This document shows, one piece after another, positions 25,130 to 27,812 of a stretch of 27,812 nt of DNA. The DNA is taken from positions 1 to 27,812 of IMG/VR virus record IMGVR_UViG_3300026138_000020, one strand, 5' to 3'. How positions within the stretch are numbered: the stretch's first letter is position 1; every line of letters begins with the position of its first letter. A program made the position numbers and the translations under genes. The DNA is from a virus. Taxonomy: Duplodnaviria > Caudoviricetes. The notes under the pieces were generated by a model that was given only the letters and a program-made list of their open reading frames with translations, was not told where the DNA came from and did no database searches.

Positions 25130-25667
25130 GACTGCCTCCTCTCAAAGCCTGACCAATAAGGAAGCCTGCGGTAAGTCCAGCGTAGTCCTTTGAGACCCTG
25201 ATCCTGTGCTCCATCTCAGGATCAATATCAGTAGTAGTAGTTCTTTTCTTTAGTTCTTCATTAGTTATAGTCGCACTGTGCGACATTTTTGTCGCAGAAA
25301 ACGACAGTTTGTCGCTTAAAATAGCAAGACCGACCATATCTTGGTGTGTGCTGTCGGGGTTTTTTTCTGTGGAATTGTCGATTTCTGCGACATTTCCTTT
25401 ATCGTTAACGCTTGGTCTGGTCATAGTCTGTCCGTGTTCGGTGAGGAACAACTTCCTGCCGTCTTTCCGTATCCAGCCAGAGTCGATCAAACAGGTCAAT
25501 GCCCTGTATGCTGTGGCTCGATGGACACCTATGTTTGTCGCTAATTTAGACACTGACTCCCAGCATCCGTTTCCTCCGTCTCTCATGCTTATGTAGCAGT
25601 AGACTGTGAATTCTATTGGTGAGAAGCCCTGTTTAAACAGGTCCTCGGGTATGAATGGACGTTTCAT
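25116..25667 (-). CDS. Replication initiator-like wHTH protein
   Basis: Probable start MKRPFIPEDLF at 25667 (ATGA overlap); VYCYI..R...CWESVSKLATNIGVHRATAYRALTCLIDSGWI; directly upstream of dnaB; contains internal iterons. Confidence 0.75.
   Translation of the reverse strand: MKRPFIPEDLFKQGFSPIEFTVYCYISMRDGGNGCWESVSKLATNIGVHRATAYRALTCLIDSGWIRKDGRKLFLTEHGQTMTRPSVNDKGNVAEIDNSTEKNPDSTHQDMVGLAILSDKLSFSATKMSHSATITNEELKKRTTTTDIDPEMEHRIRVSKDYAGLTAGFLIGQALRGGSHGAE
25231..25392. repeat. Iteron-like palindromes and AT-rich tract (putative origin)
   Basis: WGTCG-N7-CGACA at 25269-25285, 25290-25306 and 25376-25392; degenerate copy at 25310-25326; AT-rich tract 25231-25268. Confidence 0.7.
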
Positions 25668-25972
25668 TTTCTCGATACGGTTTGTTTGATCTGTTCGGCC
25701 AGCTCCCGTCCTTCCGGGCCACATGACCTCAATCCCTGAACTAGAGACATCGCTAATCCCTTGTTCAGTTTCTTAGACAATAAAGCCTCCCAGCAATACT
25801 TTAAGTATGAATCAGTTTCATAGCTATAAGTGCTCGCAGGGAGGTGCACTAATTCTGGGTCAATGACCTCTCCTTCTGATGGATAGTAGAAGGATTTGGC
25901 CTTAAACCTGTCGCAGGCCTGCTGTATAACCTCAGGGAGCTTGTTCCAGTGATCTCTGCGAAGGTATTTCAC
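25664..25972 (-). CDS. Hypothetical protein
   Basis: 102 aa; 4-bp overlaps on both sides. Confidence 0.7.
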   Translation of the reverse strand: MKYLRRDHWNKLPEVIQQACDRFKAKSFYYPSEGEVIDPELVHLPASTYSYETDSYLKYCWEALLSKKLNKGLAMSLVQGLRSCGPEGRELAEQIKQTVSRK

Positions 25973-26781
25973 AGCCGATCATACACGTTCAAGACCAGTG
26001 GCTCGTGCGGCGTATAATCGGGCCACACAGAGAGCTTCAGACAGCTCTCCAGTGTGCTGTAGGCCTCGTCAAGCTGCTCCTGAGCCACCTGACGGTCATT
26101 ATCTGTGAACTCCACAATACAGCTATTGTATGGCCACTCTGTCTCGACCACGGCCCAGTACCACTTGTCGATTTTGAGCCCAGCCTTCGCTGCAATGTTT
26201 CGATAGTTGACTTCCTGCCAAGCGTATTTCAAATTTCGGGCAGTTCGTTTGAACTCGAGAGGTTTCGCGCCACCTTTTCTTGTGGTCTTGAGATCAATCA
26301 CAGTGGAGCCTGAGAGCATGTCAATACGGCATTTAGTGTCCACGCTTCCATGAAAATTTTGCGCGAACACGCTCACCTCAGAACTGAAGAACTTGATGTC
26401 TCGGACAATGGGTAGACTGTAGAATCTGTCAGAGATCGCAACAGCCCTGTCGTAGTCATCCTGTTTTATGATCAGCTTTCCGGAAGCTTCCTGCTCCTTC
26501 CACCACTCCTTATTGACTTTAAGACGTTTGTCCTGCTTGTCTGGTGGACATATGCTGTGCAGTGCATCGAATTGATCGCGCTCAAGAATATAACTGTGAC
26601 AAAGGCGGCCAAAAGCCATTGCCGTGCTGTCCACCCTCGGAGCCTGACCTGTGATTTTCCCGTGAAACTCATTCGGGTTATCGATCAGTTTAAGGTCGCT
26701 GGTGGAGAGGGCTGAGTCAGCCCGGTAGACTGACTCAGCTAGGTCGTTGTAGACCCCGCTCTTAAAATTAGAACGGAGCAT
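25969..26781 (-). CDS. PD-(D/E)XK exonuclease (RecE/ExoVIII C-terminal, DUF3799-like)
   Basis: Probable start MLRSNFKSGVY at 26781; Y....ALSTSDLK, AMAFGRLCHSYILE, EVS, KCRID, IDLKTT, Y..Q..Y. Confidence 0.85.
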   Translation of the reverse strand: MLRSNFKSGVYNDLAESVYRADSALSTSDLKLIDNPNEFHGKITGQAPRVDSTAMAFGRLCHSYILERDQFDALHSICPPDKQDKRLKVNKEWWKEQEASGKLIIKQDDYDRAVAISDRFYSLPIVRDIKFFSSEVSVFAQNFHGSVDTKCRIDMLSGSTVIDLKTTRKGGAKPLEFKRTARNLKYAWQEVNYRNIAAKAGLKIDKWYWAVVETEWPYNSCIVEFTDNDRQVAQEQLDEAYSTLESCLKLSVWPDYTPHEPLVLNVYDRL

Positions 26782-27355
26782 CTGTTGTTTCTTCAAAAAC
26801 ATGACCTTTACCTTTCGCACTCATGAACTCGGGGGATTCGGAGATTTTCTTCTGCATCCACTGGGGAACTTTGTCCCAGTTTTTAAGTTCGGCAGAAATC
26901 TCGAACACGAACGGATCGCTGGTGACCTCACCACACGGCAAGCCCTCTGGCATTATCGAAAGCCCGGTGATGTTGTCGTAAACCTGCTCGTCTTTACCCG
27001 GGCGGTGGACAATGGTCGCCAGTGTTGCCCTGCCCAGCAGCTCGGATAAATCGATGCCGCTTTCCATTTCAGACTTAGTCAACTGCTTCCCCTTAATCGC
27101 TACCACGTACTTGCACAAGGTAGACTTCTGGTTCAATGAGGATGTCACTATGACACTTCTAGACAGCGACACGGGACCATCATCCTCTTTGAATGTGTGT
27201 TTCTTGTTCGGGAACTCGAACAGAAAACCAATTTGCTTTTTAGGTCCGTAGAATGTCTCTTGAGTCCCCAAGTCTACTAGCCCGACAAGAACAGCCACGT
27301 GGCTTCCTTCGGATAGCATTACTCGATCTTTACTCTTCTCCATTTGTATCTTCAT
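26768..27355 (-). CDS. SSB-like OB-fold protein
   Basis: 195 aa; GSHVAVLVGLVDLGTQ, LSELLGR, YDNI; acidic tail ending DAPF. Confidence 0.65.
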   Translation of the reverse strand: MKIQMEKSKDRVMLSEGSHVAVLVGLVDLGTQETFYGPKKQIGFLFEFPNKKHTFKEDDGPVSLSRSVIVTSSLNQKSTLCKYVVAIKGKQLTKSEMESGIDLSELLGRATLATIVHRPGKDEQVYDNITGLSIMPEGLPCGEVTSDPFVFEISAELKNWDKVPQWMQKKISESPEFMSAKGKGHVFEETTDAPF

Positions 27356-27732
27356 TTTGATTCCTTTTGTTTATTTATTTGTATCCATTCCTCCAGTGCT
27401 TTTATGTCCGCGCACTGGAAAATTCTAAGCAGGTCTTCTGCCTGTAAAATAGCGATCCACTTTCCGTGGTTTTTCTTCCAGACCACCACAGGTATCTCTG
27501 TGTCTCGAGCATCCCCTTCTGCCTGTGCGATCCAGTCTCTAATTAATGCCTTCTCTGTGTTTTTAACCTCCCAGTGAACAGGCAGGTCTTTACAGGAAAC
27601 GTCAGGGCTGTCGTGGTTCTGCTGCGACTGGTGGAACCCTGTTCGGCGAGCATCAAATCCGAAATACTTCAGGATTGACACCCACGCCCGCTCACCTCGA
27701 GCACCTTTCTGTTTACTGTTGATCTTGCTCAT
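27352..27732 (-). CDS. Holliday junction resolvase, Hjc-type
   Basis: 126 aa; NSKQKGARGER...PDV...EVK...W..QA..D....PVV. Confidence 0.8.
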   Translation of the reverse strand: MSKINSKQKGARGERAWVSILKYFGFDARRTGFHQSQQNHDSPDVSCKDLPVHWEVKNTEKALIRDWIAQAEGDARDTEIPVVVWKKNHGKWIAILQAEDLLRIFQCADIKALEEWIQINKQKESK

Positions 27733-27812
27733 AAAACGTATATGTGACCGTATTTAAGATCCTGTTTCCCTCCGCGCAGAACGCAGACGTGATTAAACGC
27801 TTTTGCTGCTTC
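27729..27812 (-). CDS. C-terminal end of an upstream ORF (truncated by window)
   Basis: Open frame ...EAAKAFNHVCVLRGGKQDLKYGHIYVL* with ATGA overlap to the resolvase start. Confidence 0.5.
   Translation of the reverse strand, partial: EAAKAFNHVCVLRGGKQDLKYGHIYVL

Noticed and set aside
25668-26820. Longest-ORF starts at 25724 and 26820 (similarly 3356, 7129, 10421, 14710, 17003)
   Set aside because: They overlap upstream genes extensively; downstream ATGs coupled to the upstream stops give more plausible N-termini.
27736-27753. CGTAT motifs resembling the operator half-site
   Set aside because: Lie within the coding end of the upstream ORF, are direct rather than inverted, and are too short to be significant.

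Overview
A 27.8-kb piece of a dsDNA tailed phage with a podovirus-like, P22/BPP-1-type virion module. Read right to left on the minus strand it carries: an Hjc-type resolvase, an SSB-like protein, a RecE-like PD-(D/E)XK exonuclease, an HTH replication initiator containing palindromic iterons, DnaB, a dNMP kinase, a nuclease, small and large terminase, portal, scaffold, a DUF5309-like major capsid protein, an adaptor, a LamG fibre, holin- and spanin-like genes, a GT4 glycosyltransferase, a tail nozzle, fibre proteins, a small DDxxD protein and a truncated ejection protein. A ~4-kb plus-strand island sits between the portal and scaffold genes. It encodes a DGQHR/ParB-like protein, a beta-helix protein, coupled micro-ORFs, a SleB-type hydrolase and an HTH protein, and starts at a divergent promoter region with an operator-like palindrome. 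The main points of interest are (i) a XerC/XerD dif-like site just downstream of terS, next to a G-tract and an inverted second XerC-like arm; (ii) a DDxxD isoprenoid-synthase-like gene and a glycosyltransferase, apparently with its own promoter, inside the virion genes; (iii) a lambda-like origin inside the initiator gene. Protein calls come from motifs and synteny recognised by eye; no searches were run. No integrase, tRNA, rRNA or CRISPR array was seen.
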